A stretch of DNA of 64,000 nt from positions 5,861 to 69,860 of the forward strand of contig CAXAGT010000001.1 in NCBI GenBank assembly GCA_963968885.1. The letters run 5' to 3'. Shown here one piece after another: positions 19,054 to 28,867 of the stretch (position 1 is the first letter of the stretch; each line of letters opens with the position of its first letter). The notes beneath the pieces are model-generated. The model searched no databases. It saw only the letters and a program-made list of their open reading frames with translations, and had not been told where the DNA came from. The stretch is from an uncultured Candidatus Poseidoniales archaeon (GTDB lineage Archaea; Thermoplasmatota; Poseidoniia; Poseidoniales; Poseidoniaceae). The translations under genes were made by a program, and so were the position numbers.

Positions 19054-20364
19054 TTGAATCACAGTATGGAAAACGACTCATTAGTTGAACTTCGAGAATT
19101 CGAAGGTTCATACCTTGAGTTATTTCTTGCTTCTGGCATTGTATTCTTGCTGTTTGTTTTCGCAGTTTTATGGCAGGCTACTAATTACTTTTCATACTGG
19201 GAGAGTAATGACTACGTTCAGCCTTTATTTCTGTTTTTTATCATGGCTACCTATGGTTGGCTCATGCTAAATGCACTGGGATGTGCCTATACTCTGCTAC
19301 CAATCATTCACCAAACCCAGTTCTTTAAGATGAAAGATTTGAGAATACAGATGTCATTTTGTATGGCAGGTCATGTTTTCATAACGTTCGCTTTGTTACA
19401 GAAGAATATCGATTATGTTACGCTTGCAGGATTTATTGGTTTATTGCTCAATGCAATCGGATTATCCAGTTTATCAATCCCAACATTTAGAGTTTCGAGA
19501 AGAAAATTAAATAATTTCGATGAACTTGGAAAAGTAGCATATTCCCTGGGAATAATAATGCCAATTTTTGGTATTCTACCAATAGTTTGTTGGGTCTTTG
19601 TACACAACAAAGAATCGTTGGAAATTGCTATGTATATAATTTCGACTTTTATGATAGGATTAGTCAATCTCACCTTCTTGGTTTCACACTTCGAGCGTAG
19701 ACTGGGATGGGATTTGATAAAAAGTGGTGGAACGATTAAAGTTTTCAAAATTTATTTATTATTTACAATAGTTGGTATTTCAAGCACTATTTTCTCCACA
19801 TTTTATTATGGTATTCCAGATATATTGTTGGGATTGACTCAAGCATTGCCTTTCCTTTGGATGTTTTATGCATTTAATCCATCAAAAGTATGGTCTAATA
19901 TGAAGAAAAAGTATCCTGTTTCTAAACCAATTTTAGCGGGTTACTTCATGCTTTTATTCAACGGAGTTATATTCCTTATACCCCAGCAAAATACGACGAA
20001 TTTTTCGATTACCTTTCAACCATGGATATTTTTAATCAGCAGTGCTATGTTGATCAACATTGGTTATGCCTCGTACATGAATGATGACCACCTTCACCTC
20101 TCTCTTCAATCAAGAAGCAATCATAGGTCATTCATATACAGTGTAATTGCATCAAAGACATTATTATTTTACCTACTATTAACATACAATTTTGATAATC
20201 CGACTAATTTCTTCTTAACAATAATCTGGATATTTTCCTTGATATTAGTGATAATTATTGCTTCACAAATGCTGTATAGGAACCTTGGTATTGGTGCCGA
20301 GGGAAGAAAATGGAGTAGCACACCGATGTTTTACACAAAGTATCAAATAAAACGGGAAGAGTAA
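19054..20364 (+). CDS. Polytopic integral membrane protein (about 12 TM), unknown function
   Basis: Hydropathy only; AT-rich. Confidence 0.35.
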   Translation: MNHSMENDSLVELREFEGSYLELFLASGIVFLLFVFAVLWQATNYFSYWESNDYVQPLFLFFIMATYGWLMLNALGCAYTLLPIIHQTQFFKMKDLRIQMSFCMAGHVFITFALLQKNIDYVTLAGFIGLLLNAIGLSSLSIPTFRVSRRKLNNFDELGKVAYSLGIIMPIFGILPIVCWVFVHNKESLEIAMYIISTFMIGLVNLTFLVSHFERRLGWDLIKSGGTIKVFKIYLLFTIVGISSTIFSTFYYGIPDILLGLTQALPFLWMFYAFNPSKVWSNMKKKYPVSKPILAGYFMLLFNGVIFLIPQQNTTNFSITFQPWIFLISSAMLINIGYASYMNDDHLHLSLQSRSNHRSFIYSVIASKTLLFYLLLTYNFDNPTNFFLTIIWIFSLILVIIIASQMLYRNLGIGAEGRKWSSTPMFYTKYQIKREE

Positions 20365-20915
20365 TTTTCGAGATCTTGAATTACATCAGGAGTGATTCCA
20401 AGAACTGTGGATTCTTCACCATCGATTAGCTTCGTAAATTTCCCCATTTCACCTGCTAAGTCATATCCTCCCGCTTTACCTTGCCAAGATTTTGAGGCGA
20501 GAAGATATTCCAAGTTCTCACTCGAATAATTGGAGATCTGTACTTCTGCAGTTCTTTGGCTGAATTTCCATTCCCCTAAACAGAAGAAACCAGAAGATGT
20601 TACAACAGTATGTTTTCTTCCTCTGAGGTGTTGCAAAATTTCCCTCGCATGATTCTCATTATCGGGCTTTCCTATCGCTTTGGTTTCATCATCTGGATCA
20701 ACTATCATTGTGTCTGAAACAATGACTATGTCGTAATTTTCTGTATCTGCAGCGTCCGCTTTGCGCCTGCAAATTATGTCTATGGCTTGTAAAATGCTGA
20801 TACCCTCTGGTATGCTTTCATCAGCATCAACTCCTTTCGAGAAAAGTTTTGGAACTATGGATTCTAGCATCTCCTTTCTTCTTGATGAATTAGATGCTAG
20901 CCATACTCTCATCAT
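20343..20915 (-). CDS. maf: Maf-family nucleoside triphosphate pyrophosphatase
   Basis: N-terminal motif VWLASNSSRRKEML (LASxSPRR), about 190 aa. Confidence 0.7.
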   Translation of the reverse strand: MMRVWLASNSSRRKEMLESIVPKLFSKGVDADESIPEGISILQAIDIICRRKADAADTENYDIVIVSDTMIVDPDDETKAIGKPDNENHAREILQHLRGRKHTVVTSSGFFCLGEWKFSQRTAEVQISNYSSENLEYLLASKSWQGKAGGYDLAGEMGKFTKLIDGEESTVLGITPDVIQDLENYSSRFI

Positions 20916-21018
20916 AACTATGCAAGCGATAGTGGTGAATATATTTTGAGAATGAAATCAAAAAATTTGTGCGTAGGTTTCAAGTGATTTAGATTTCTAG
21001 CACATCCGGTGCAAGACT

Positions 21019-21738
21019 ATGTCTGATGTAAACAGAATTCCTACTCACATTGAAGGATTGGACGAAAACATGCAAGGTGGTATCCCAAAGAAACACATCT
21101 GCATTGTGGCTGGGGCCTCTGGAGCAATGAAATCCTCTCTTACATTTTCTTTGTTGTACAACTCGGTTTTGTACGGTGATACAAGTGGAATTTACGTAAC
21201 ACTTGAACAGGGTAAGGAGTCTCTGAAATCACACATGTCCAATATGGGTATGAACGTTGAAGATGCTAGGGTTAGAAATCGTATTGCAATTATTGACTTA
21301 GCAGATTTGAGAGTTCAATTAGATGAACAAGGCATGTCTGATAGAGTCGATTGGATGGGTCAATTGATTAAACAACTAACATCATACAGAAATTCTATTG
21401 GTTTTGAAGTTCTAGTATTCGATTCTCTTGGTGCCTTCTTTACATTGACCAAAATGGAAAATCCAAGAGATGAAATTTTCAGGCTTTTCGAAGCAGTAAG
21501 AAGACTAAACCTCACTTCATTCTTCATCTGTGAGATGACTGGAGATGATCATAAGCAATTCGGTGAATATGGCGTAGAAGATTATCTGAGCGATGGTGTT
21601 ATTCATTTAGTAATGGAAAGAGAAGGGGACGAAGTAAATAGGAAATTGGGTGTTGTTAAGATGAGACACACAAACCACATGCTTGGATACAAACCCTTCT
21701 GGTGGAAAGAAGATGAGCAAAGGTTCTCTGTTCTTTGA
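21019..21738 (+). CDS. KaiC-like/RadA-paralog single-domain RecA-superfamily ATPase
   Basis: IPTHIEGLDENMQGGIPKKHICIVAGASGAMKSSL (KaiC N-terminal signature with Walker A), Walker B LVFDSLGA, 239 aa. Confidence 0.7.
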   Translation: MSDVNRIPTHIEGLDENMQGGIPKKHICIVAGASGAMKSSLTFSLLYNSVLYGDTSGIYVTLEQGKESLKSHMSNMGMNVEDARVRNRIAIIDLADLRVQLDEQGMSDRVDWMGQLIKQLTSYRNSIGFEVLVFDSLGAFFTLTKMENPRDEIFRLFEAVRRLNLTSFFICEMTGDDHKQFGEYGVEDYLSDGVIHLVMEREGDEVNRKLGVVKMRHTNHMLGYKPFWWKEDEQRFSVL

Positions 21739-22347
21739 TCAGTAGATATTTCCCAATATAATTCTAGGATCGGGATATTTTTTTATCGCCTCATTTCTTT
21801 GCTCGATATTTACTACTCCTGGCATGTTTGCTTCTTTGGGTTCTTCAAATGTGATTTGAATATGTACATGTGGTTCCCAATTTCCATTTTCGTTTTTATC
21901 TCCCATCCAACAATATGTTTCTCCTGCTGAAATTTCCATTCCAACCTCAATATTTTCAATGCTATTAGAGGATAAATGACCACACAGTACCCATAGAGTT
22001 TTTTCCTTTCCTGCCCACTTATGAGTAGAATCATCTGGAAACTTTACAGTATGCTCGGTTATTATCAGGTTTCCGTACCCACCATCTTCTTCTTCATAAG
22101 CGAAAGAATGAACCTTACCGTCACTGAATGCCCTAATTGGTGTTCCAACTGGTGCTCCAATGTCGATACCAATGTGATGGTTTCTCTCTCCATCAAAGAG
22201 AGCTGTTTCATACATTCCAGGTCTAGTTTCATCATACCTTCCTATTTGGAATTCATAAGGACAATCCCATTCTGATAATCCTCTGCTGAAATCATAAACC
22301 CAGTATTCATCAGGAAGCTCAACCATGTCAAAGAATGGTGAGTGCAT
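21739..22347 (-). CDS. M23 (LytM/lysostaphin-type) metallopeptidase domain protein, no signal peptide
   Basis: HxxxD motif NHHIGIDIGAPVGTPIRAFSDGKV and HxH motif PHVHIQI. Confidence 0.65.
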   Translation of the reverse strand: MHSPFFDMVELPDEYWVYDFSRGLSEWDCPYEFQIGRYDETRPGMYETALFDGERNHHIGIDIGAPVGTPIRAFSDGKVHSFAYEEEDGGYGNLIITEHTVKFPDDSTHKWAGKEKTLWVLCGHLSSNSIENIEVGMEISAGETYCWMGDKNENGNWEPHVHIQITFEEPKEANMPGVVNIEQRNEAIKKYPDPRIILGNIY

Positions 22348-24639
22348 GGCGTGTCCTGTGTTCTACAACTTTTGAACTATGCTCATGTTGATTTACCCAC
22401 TTCTTTTGGTATGCATGTGTGGTTGGTAGTTTTGGCATTGGTCTTGTCAACGTTACTACCTGGATTGGTCATTTCCTGCTTTTTCCTGAAATCTGCTAAT
22501 CCTACGACTAAGCTTACCGCTTCACCAATGATTGGTCTATTTTGCTTGTTTCTGATTACTGGCTTTGTCCAATTAATTGGATTATATTCGCCACTTCTTG
22601 TTGCTATTTTGGCACTAGCAATAAATTTCAGTTCAGTGATGTACTTGCTCAATTCAGAAAAGAATTTTAAATCCTTTTTCATGGAAATTTACACTGCTCA
22701 TTTTTCTGAAAAGCAAAATAGGTTCTTTTCTATCGCTTTCATAATTTTATCTATCTTTACATTGAGCCCTATTTTTCTTCTTGACATCCCATACGGTGTA
22801 GATTGGATCGGTTTCTCGAATCTTCTAGTGGCACTAAACCAAACGGGTTCTTTGAATTTCATGGAACCAAATTATGGGAATTGGATTTACCCACCAGGTT
22901 TTATTTCTACGGCAGGTATTTTGTCCATTTTTCCTAACGTACAAGAATTCGAGGCACTTTTAATTCTTGGATTCTATTCTCTTTTTACAATAATTCTTGG
23001 AGTTTTTGCAGTTGGTGAGAAATATAATGCTGGGATTTTTTGTGGTTTAATGATGTTTCTTGGAGTTGGGATATTTGCAAAATCCTTTGACTCGGGATGG
23101 CCGACAGTTGCTAGCCAAATCCCTGTTTTAATCGGTCTATTGATTCTCCAAGAATCAGATTTTACAATCGATATTAGTAATAGATTCAAACTTTTGCTAA
23201 CAGTTTTAGGGGCTTTAATTATTCACCCTACCGGAGCAATTTCCCTCTTCATACTTATTTTCGTGGTTGTCTTTTTGCAAAGAGATAAGGTTAGCAATAA
23301 AGAATACAAAGTTGTATTCGTTGGTTTAATTTGTCTAATCTTTGTAATCTCAAATTTGCTTTCTTCCAACCTATCCAATTTAGAACAATTTTCTGAATAT
23401 GGTTGGCAAGGGGGTTTTGTTTTGATAAAATACAATGCTCCACTGTGCTTAATCGCTCTTTATTATGGCATCAGGCAGCATAAGAATTCGACCATTAATA
23501 CTATGAGTAAATGGCTTTTCTTAGTTTGGCTCTTATCCTTTGTTCATTTGTTGCCTATTTTAGAAGAATTACCTGCTACAAAACTTCTTGGATATTTGTG
23601 CTATTCAATGGGACTACATATGTTCCACATTCCTTTTTCGTTAATTGCAGGGACCGGTTTAATGCTGAGTTTGCAGTCAATTCAAACACAAGTAGACTCT
23701 AATCTCAATTTTACTAAATTTCTATCTAAACAAGCAATTTCTCTTCTCTTAGTATGTTGCTTCTTGTTACCAATAGGCATTCATGTTCTCGCCCAAACAG
23801 CAGAAAATAAACACCATTTTGCAACAACTGAATCAACCTTAGAACTAATCGACCAAGTCAACACAATGGAGATTAGTTCCATCGTGTATACGGAGAATAG
23901 TCATTGGGGATATTTGCAAATAGAAGAAATTAGATTCCGAACTACATCTATTCCTAGACTGGGGCTAATGGTAGAGCAAAATTACGTTCAATCAGAAGCG
24001 ACAAGGGCTATACTGAGCAATGATTTTGAAACTCTAAGGAATCTTGAAATTGAATACGCAATTACTTCTCCAATGGGTTCACTTCAATATTCTTTGATAG
24101 AATCAGGTAGTTGGATTACTATTCTAGATATTGACGGTTCTCGACTCTGGAAACTTGATTCAGAATCTTCCAATGCAAATATTCAAGCCTTTGCATTTAA
24201 TGAAACAAATTGTAGTCAGAATGATTGTCAAAAAGTGAAGGATTTGTGGAGAGATTACAGATATAATGATCAACTAGAATTGGGAAAAAATAGATTGAAA
24301 TTAACTGGAGAAGGGGGTATAGATGTGCCTCTGAATCTAGCAAATCAAAGCGGAAAAGCCTGTATTTTATATGAGGTAAGGGGTAAAGTAGACGAATTTA
24401 ATGTGAACTTTTTAAGTTATAATTCTTCGTTTAGAACTGCTCTCAATACATCTCCTGGATGGCATCTTGATTGCGAAGAGACTGTTGTCTTTGATTTAAT
24501 TGAATTACAATTTGATGTTCAGATTTCGAATGATAGAGGATTTGCTAATCCTTCTGGTTTTAGCGGTCGCAGCGAGTATCTATTCGAAAAACCGGGTGTA
24601 GTTTTGCATCATTTTGAATTTCATAACTCCTCTGCGTGA
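22342..24639 (+). CDS. Large polytopic membrane protein with C-terminal soluble domain; candidate GT-C fold glycosyltransferase (Dol-P-sugar dependent, AglS/PMT/ArnT-like)
   Basis: About 14 TM N-terminal 500 aa plus about 260-aa C-terminal domain; immediately upstream of a Dol-P-sugar synthase-like GT2 gene. Confidence 0.35.
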   Translation: MHGVSCVLQLLNYAHVDLPTSFGMHVWLVVLALVLSTLLPGLVISCFFLKSANPTTKLTASPMIGLFCLFLITGFVQLIGLYSPLLVAILALAINFSSVMYLLNSEKNFKSFFMEIYTAHFSEKQNRFFSIAFIILSIFTLSPIFLLDIPYGVDWIGFSNLLVALNQTGSLNFMEPNYGNWIYPPGFISTAGILSIFPNVQEFEALLILGFYSLFTIILGVFAVGEKYNAGIFCGLMMFLGVGIFAKSFDSGWPTVASQIPVLIGLLILQESDFTIDISNRFKLLLTVLGALIIHPTGAISLFILIFVVVFLQRDKVSNKEYKVVFVGLICLIFVISNLLSSNLSNLEQFSEYGWQGGFVLIKYNAPLCLIALYYGIRQHKNSTINTMSKWLFLVWLLSFVHLLPILEELPATKLLGYLCYSMGLHMFHIPFSLIAGTGLMLSLQSIQTQVDSNLNFTKFLSKQAISLLLVCCFLLPIGIHVLAQTAENKHHFATTESTLELIDQVNTMEISSIVYTENSHWGYLQIEEIRFRTTSIPRLGLMVEQNYVQSEATRAILSNDFETLRNLEIEYAITSPMGSLQYSLIESGSWITILDIDGSRLWKLDSESSNANIQAFAFNETNCSQNDCQKVKDLWRDYRYNDQLELGKNRLKLTGEGGIDVPLNLANQSGKACILYEVRGKVDEFNVNFLSYNSSFRTALNTSPGWHLDCEETVVFDLIELQFDVQISNDRGFANPSGFSGRSEYLFEKPGVVLHHFEFHNSSA

Positions 24640-24673
24640 AAAATACTAATTGTGAGAATCGACTCGGAGAGTC

Positions 24674-25426
24674 GTGAAATCGCTGTTGATATTGCTGCCA
24701 ACTCTTAACGAAGAGGGTGGTTTGTCAAAAATTTCAACAAAAATTCCAGTAGATGTTTTGCGAGAGAAAGGCTGGAATCCCTCTACCTTGGTCGTGGACG
24801 GCGACTCCAAGGACAGAACAAAACTAATTGCTGTAGAAAATGGTTTCAAAATTATTCAGCAAGCAGGAAAAGGCAAAGGTGCAGCATTGCGCTCGGGATT
24901 TAATTATGCTTTGTCACAAGATTATGAGGCATTAGTAATGCTTGACGCAGATGCTACTTATGATCCTGATGATATCATCAAATTAGTAGAAAAATTAAGC
25001 GAATTTGATGTGGTAATTGGAGATAGATTAAGAGGGCAATTAAATGATGAATCAATGGGAGTTGTCAATTTTTTTGGCAACCATGCCCTATCTTGGATAG
25101 CTAGGACATTATTTTCGGAAGATATAGGTGATCTGTGTACTGGATATTGGGCATTCACCAAAAATGCCCTTAGTACGTTAGAGTTGAATAGCGTGAGTTT
25201 CGAAATTGAAGCCGAAATGTTTTGTTCGAGTACTAAAAATGGTCTAAAGATCGGTTCTGTGCCTATATCCTACTCGAAGCGAGAGGGAGAGGCAAAACTA
25301 GGGTCATTCTCTGATGGAGCTAGGATTTTGAGAAAATTACTGGTCAGAAGACTGTTTCCAATACCAGTTGAGTCAAAAATCAACAATGACAAATTAGCGC
25401 TTGGTTCAGAAAATAAAGTAAACTGA
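24674..25426 (+). CDS. Family 2 glycosyltransferase, dolichyl-phosphate mannose/glucose synthase-like
   Basis: ILLPTLNEEGG, VVDGDSKDRT, DxD motif LDADATYDPDD, 250 aa. Confidence 0.7.
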   Translation: MKSLLILLPTLNEEGGLSKISTKIPVDVLREKGWNPSTLVVDGDSKDRTKLIAVENGFKIIQQAGKGKGAALRSGFNYALSQDYEALVMLDADATYDPDDIIKLVEKLSEFDVVIGDRLRGQLNDESMGVVNFFGNHALSWIARTLFSEDIGDLCTGYWAFTKNALSTLELNSVSFEIEAEMFCSSTKNGLKIGSVPISYSKREGEAKLGSFSDGARILRKLLVRRLFPIPVESKINNDKLALGSENKVN

Positions 25427-25480
25427 ACAAACCTCTTCACCAGAGAACTAAATGACATTACAATAAAGTGTCATGCTATA

Positions 25481-26578
25481 TTGGAGGGTGATGATAACAT
25501 GGGTATTACTGCGATGATTCCTGATATGTCACTAGACCAACTAATCATCGATGCACCCAAAAATTGGGCTGAAATATGGGACCAAAATGCTGCAAGGACT
25601 AGGGTTTTGCTCATGTGCCCCAGAAAAGAGCGAAAAATAATGCAACTACATGGGGATTTCATTGAGCATGGACAGCCTGTTATGGGGATATTTCACAGGC
25701 CTAGGGTTGAGGAAGATTTACTGAAGGAGCAAGGTTTTGATCCTCGCTCTGCTTCGTTCCAATTTCTTGATATTAGCACTCCGGATTTAGGTCCATGGTT
25801 ACAAGATTTAATCAAAAATGATGGCTGGGTCAGGTCAACAATCCAGATTTCTCCTCTTCCTTTCAATATTGGAAGTCCAGCCCAAAGGCAATTTGAGAAA
25901 GAAAATATTCTCTGTTTCAAACATCCTAGCATTGCAGATTTGGGAACTTACTATCTCCCATTCCCAATTGGTTCCATTCCGGGTAAATGTTTCATTTCAC
26001 TACCGAGAAAGCAAGCAGCTGAAATGGCAAGGCAGCAAGCTGAGATTCTTGGGGTCGGCAGACTTCCAACCAAGCAAGAGGTCAAAGAAATAAGGGAGCA
26101 GGAAGAACAGAAAGTTTCTGTTGTCGAGGATGAGCCTAAACCTAAGGTTGAAGTTAGCCAGATTGAACCTGTTCCACTGCCAGACAATGCAAATTTGGAG
26201 AAATCAAACACAGCGGCTGAGGATATCATCGATAAAGTCAATCAGCGTGTAGATCAAGCAATGACAGATTTATCCAATCAAGACGGAGAGGTTGAAGAAA
26301 ACATTGACCTTACTCCAAATGAATCTGTTGTCCCACTACCTCAAAGCGGAAATCTGGATGATCAAGTCCCCTCTCAAGAGGAGCCTTCATCGGACAATGA
26401 TCAGGTCTCCAAAGTTAGTGACATAGAGAGGGAGTTTAGGGCTCTAATCTCTGAGTTGATGGAATCGGGTATTGACCCTTCCTCGATGATGGAAGATGCA
26501 AGGTTCGAGATATTGAATGAACGTGCGATTGCGGAAGGATTCGAAACTTGGCCTGTATTTGTTGAGATGACACAATAA
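25481..26578 (+). CDS. Hypothetical protein with about 200-aa N-terminal domain and acidic low-complexity C-terminal half
   Basis: No recognised motif. Confidence 0.3.
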   Translation: MEGDDNMGITAMIPDMSLDQLIIDAPKNWAEIWDQNAARTRVLLMCPRKERKIMQLHGDFIEHGQPVMGIFHRPRVEEDLLKEQGFDPRSASFQFLDISTPDLGPWLQDLIKNDGWVRSTIQISPLPFNIGSPAQRQFEKENILCFKHPSIADLGTYYLPFPIGSIPGKCFISLPRKQAAEMARQQAEILGVGRLPTKQEVKEIREQEEQKVSVVEDEPKPKVEVSQIEPVPLPDNANLEKSNTAAEDIIDKVNQRVDQAMTDLSNQDGEVEENIDLTPNESVVPLPQSGNLDDQVPSQEEPSSDNDQVSKVSDIEREFRALISELMESGIDPSSMMEDARFEILNERAIAEGFETWPVFVEMTQ

Positions 26579-26589
26579 TAAACATTCAA

Positions 26590-26802
26590 ATGATATCTAG
26601 GTTAGCAGGGATTGGTGAGGAAATGGGTTATTGCATAAATTGTGGTCAAGGACATGTAGATGGCACAAGGTTTTGCAGATTCTGCGGAAGTCAACAACCA
26701 GGAGAGCAACTACTTGCTAGATTGAGGCAGGAAGCACTTTATATCCAGCAGATGAGATTTGCGCAAAATCAAAATCCTGGTTACGGAAATCAGCGCTGGT
26801 GA
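26590..26802 (+). CDS. Small zinc-ribbon protein
   Basis: CINCGQG...TRFCRFCGSQ (C-x2-C...C-x2-C). Confidence 0.5.
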   Translation: MISRLAGIGEEMGYCINCGQGHVDGTRFCRFCGSQQPGEQLLARLRQEALYIQQMRFAQNQNPGYGNQRW

Positions 26803-27424
26803 TGTATTGAAAAAAAAACATCTAGCAATTACTCTATCTAAGTTAATTCCCCATCCTCAACTAAACGTGCATCTCGAACAGTATGCAACTGAAGGCGATG
26901 TTGCAAGCGATTGGATTTATGCTATCGCAAATAATTTTGATTTCGAGCAATCAAATGTGGTAGATTTAGGCTCCGGCAATGGTATCCTTGGCATCGGCAC
27001 ATATTATGCAGGAGCCACGAGAATAACTCTAGTAGAGGCAGACAATAAAGCACATGAAATCGCTCATTCGAATATTGATCAATTGGAATTCAAGACTCGA
27101 TTTAATCTTCTAAATTCAAAAATCGCTGACCTCGATATCGATTGGTCTGATGTAGACTTAGTCATCTCTAATCCGCCCTGGGGATATCAGAAAGAAAAGG
27201 CAGATCGTGAGTTCATAGAAATCGGCATGAAGAATGGTGTAGACGAGATTCATATCTTGCATAGTTCAAAAGCAACTCACTTGGAGAAGATTGGAGAGGA
27301 ATATGGATATGATTCAGAGGTTATTTTCAAGGGAAGTTTTAGACTTCCTGCTATCTATTCTCATCACACAAAGTCCTCTGAATTCACAGAATTTTCAGCC
27401 TGGAGATTTTTCAAACGTTCCTGA
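26759..27424 (+). CDS. Predicted RNA N6-adenine methyltransferase (COG2263/METTL5-like)
   Basis: SAM motif I VVDLGSGNGILGIG, motif IV VISNPPWGY; about 200 aa; true start probably downstream of the 44-nt overlap. Confidence 0.7.
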   Translation: MRKIKILVTEISAGDVLKKKHLAITLSKLIPHPQLNVHLEQYATEGDVASDWIYAIANNFDFEQSNVVDLGSGNGILGIGTYYAGATRITLVEADNKAHEIAHSNIDQLEFKTRFNLLNSKIADLDIDWSDVDLVISNPPWGYQKEKADREFIEIGMKNGVDEIHILHSSKATHLEKIGEEYGYDSEVIFKGSFRLPAIYSHHTKSSEFTEFSAWRFFKRS

Positions 27425-27502
27425 TTGATAGGAGAGGGGTTCAAAAGTCGAAAGCATTTGGAGAGGTTTGTCCAGTGCTCAACTCTGGAATTGTGTGATA
27501 TT

Positions 27503-28867
27503 ATGACGACGAGCCTCGTCACCCCTGGTGAAATTATTGGAAACGCTACTGAACTCACTTCTGGTTCAGGGACAACCGAACATAATGGCAAAATTATTTC
27601 CATATACACTGGAAATTTGAGCATTGAGTCAGGCGTCGCTACAGTCAGCCCCCAATCCGTTATTATCGCTCCGAGTGTAGGGGACTTGGTACTAGCAGAA
27701 GTAACCAAGGTGCAAGAGAAAAGTGCTGAAGTAAAAATCATTGAATTTTGTGATAAGAAAGGAGATATTGCAGCAGAGTTTCTTTTCGCCCAATTGAGGG
27801 TTACAGAAGTTGTAGATCGTTTCCTTCACAACTTAGGTGACGGCTTGAAACTAAGAGATATAGTAAGGGCTGAAATCAAAGAGATAGATCCTACTATCAG
27901 GATTTCATTGAGAGGCAAAGATGAGTGTGGCGTAATTAGCGCAGTTTGTTCTAATAGCGGGGAAAAATTAGTGATTGATGTTCAAGGAGATACTAACCTA
28001 GTTTGCAATACAAGCGGTAGTAGGTACTTTAGAGCAATCGCATCTGATTATGGAAATTTCGGCAATCATTTCGATGGAGACCTAAAGTCACTTACTCTTT
28101 CTGGAAAGAGATGGGACAGAGCAACGGAGGCAGAATTCGCGAAAGGTCCTGCTGCAAGAGCTGCTTATCCTATGGCTGATATTAGGAATGATGGTCGTGA
28201 GAGGAAAATGTTCCGATTTGAAGGTGAGTCTGGACAAGGTCAAAGAAGAAGAAATTCACATGCTCCAGGTTCGAAATTATTCATCGGTGGATTGTCGTAC
28301 GAAGTAGACACAGAGGAATTGAAAGGATTGATGACAAAGATGGGGTCCGTAGAGGACTGTGTAGTCGTTAATGATGAAAACGGTAAATCAAGAGGCTTTG
28401 GGTTTGTTACCTTTTCATCTAAAGAAGAGGCCCAAGCTGCTATCTCAAAGTATGATGGCTACAGGATAAAAGGTCGAAGGATTTCAGTAAAAGACGCTGA
28501 TAACAAGGGTGAAAAGAAGGAGAAGAAACCAGAGTTAAAGGGTCAAAAATTGTATGTTGGAAACCTCTCTTTCAAGTTATCATCGGATGACCTTATCAAG
28601 CATTTTTCAGAGATTTGTGGTGTTGAGGGGGGATTCATTGTTTCTGATCCAAGAGGGAAATCCAAAGGTTTCGGATTTATCTTTGTCAATCAATCAGAAG
28701 ATATCGATGACGTGATATCCAAAGCTAATGGTTCAGAATTAGGAGGAAGAAATCTCAAGGTAGCCAAAGCCACTGAGAATAAACCCAAGGGTAATCCAAA
28801 GAAGAGCCAACCCAAGAAAAGGCTCAGCAGAGAAGAGATGGCTAAGAAAGAAGAAGGCTACGAATGA
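27503..28867 (+). CDS. csl4: Exosome Csl4-like cap subunit (N-terminal domain, S1 and degenerate Zn-ribbon) fused to two C-terminal RRM domains
   Basis: Csl4-like VTPGEIIG...GKIISIYTGNLSIESGVATVSPQSVIIAPSVGDLVLAEVTKVQEKSAEVKII and LRDIVRAEIKEID..ISLRGKDECGVISAVCSNSG; RRM RNP2/RNP1 pairs LFIGGLSY/SRGFGFVTF and LYVGNLSF/SKGFGFIFV; ORF-track start TTG 27425. Confidence 0.7.
   Translation: MTTSLVTPGEIIGNATELTSGSGTTEHNGKIISIYTGNLSIESGVATVSPQSVIIAPSVGDLVLAEVTKVQEKSAEVKIIEFCDKKGDIAAEFLFAQLRVTEVVDRFLHNLGDGLKLRDIVRAEIKEIDPTIRISLRGKDECGVISAVCSNSGEKLVIDVQGDTNLVCNTSGSRYFRAIASDYGNFGNHFDGDLKSLTLSGKRWDRATEAEFAKGPAARAAYPMADIRNDGRERKMFRFEGESGQGQRRRNSHAPGSKLFIGGLSYEVDTEELKGLMTKMGSVEDCVVVNDENGKSRGFGFVTFSSKEEAQAAISKYDGYRIKGRRISVKDADNKGEKKEKKPELKGQKLYVGNLSFKLSSDDLIKHFSEICGVEGGFIVSDPRGKSKGFGFIFVNQSEDIDDVISKANGSELGGRNLKVAKATENKPKGNPKKSQPKKRLSREEMAKKEEGYE

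Noticed and set aside
19054-24639. AT-rich membrane-protein genes as horizontally acquired islands
   Set aside because: Their AT-richness is explained by hydrophobic-residue codon bias (Phe/Ile/Leu/Lys) typical of polytopic membrane proteins. Unlike the 59692-60896 islet, flanking context and function (glycosylation) fit a core role.
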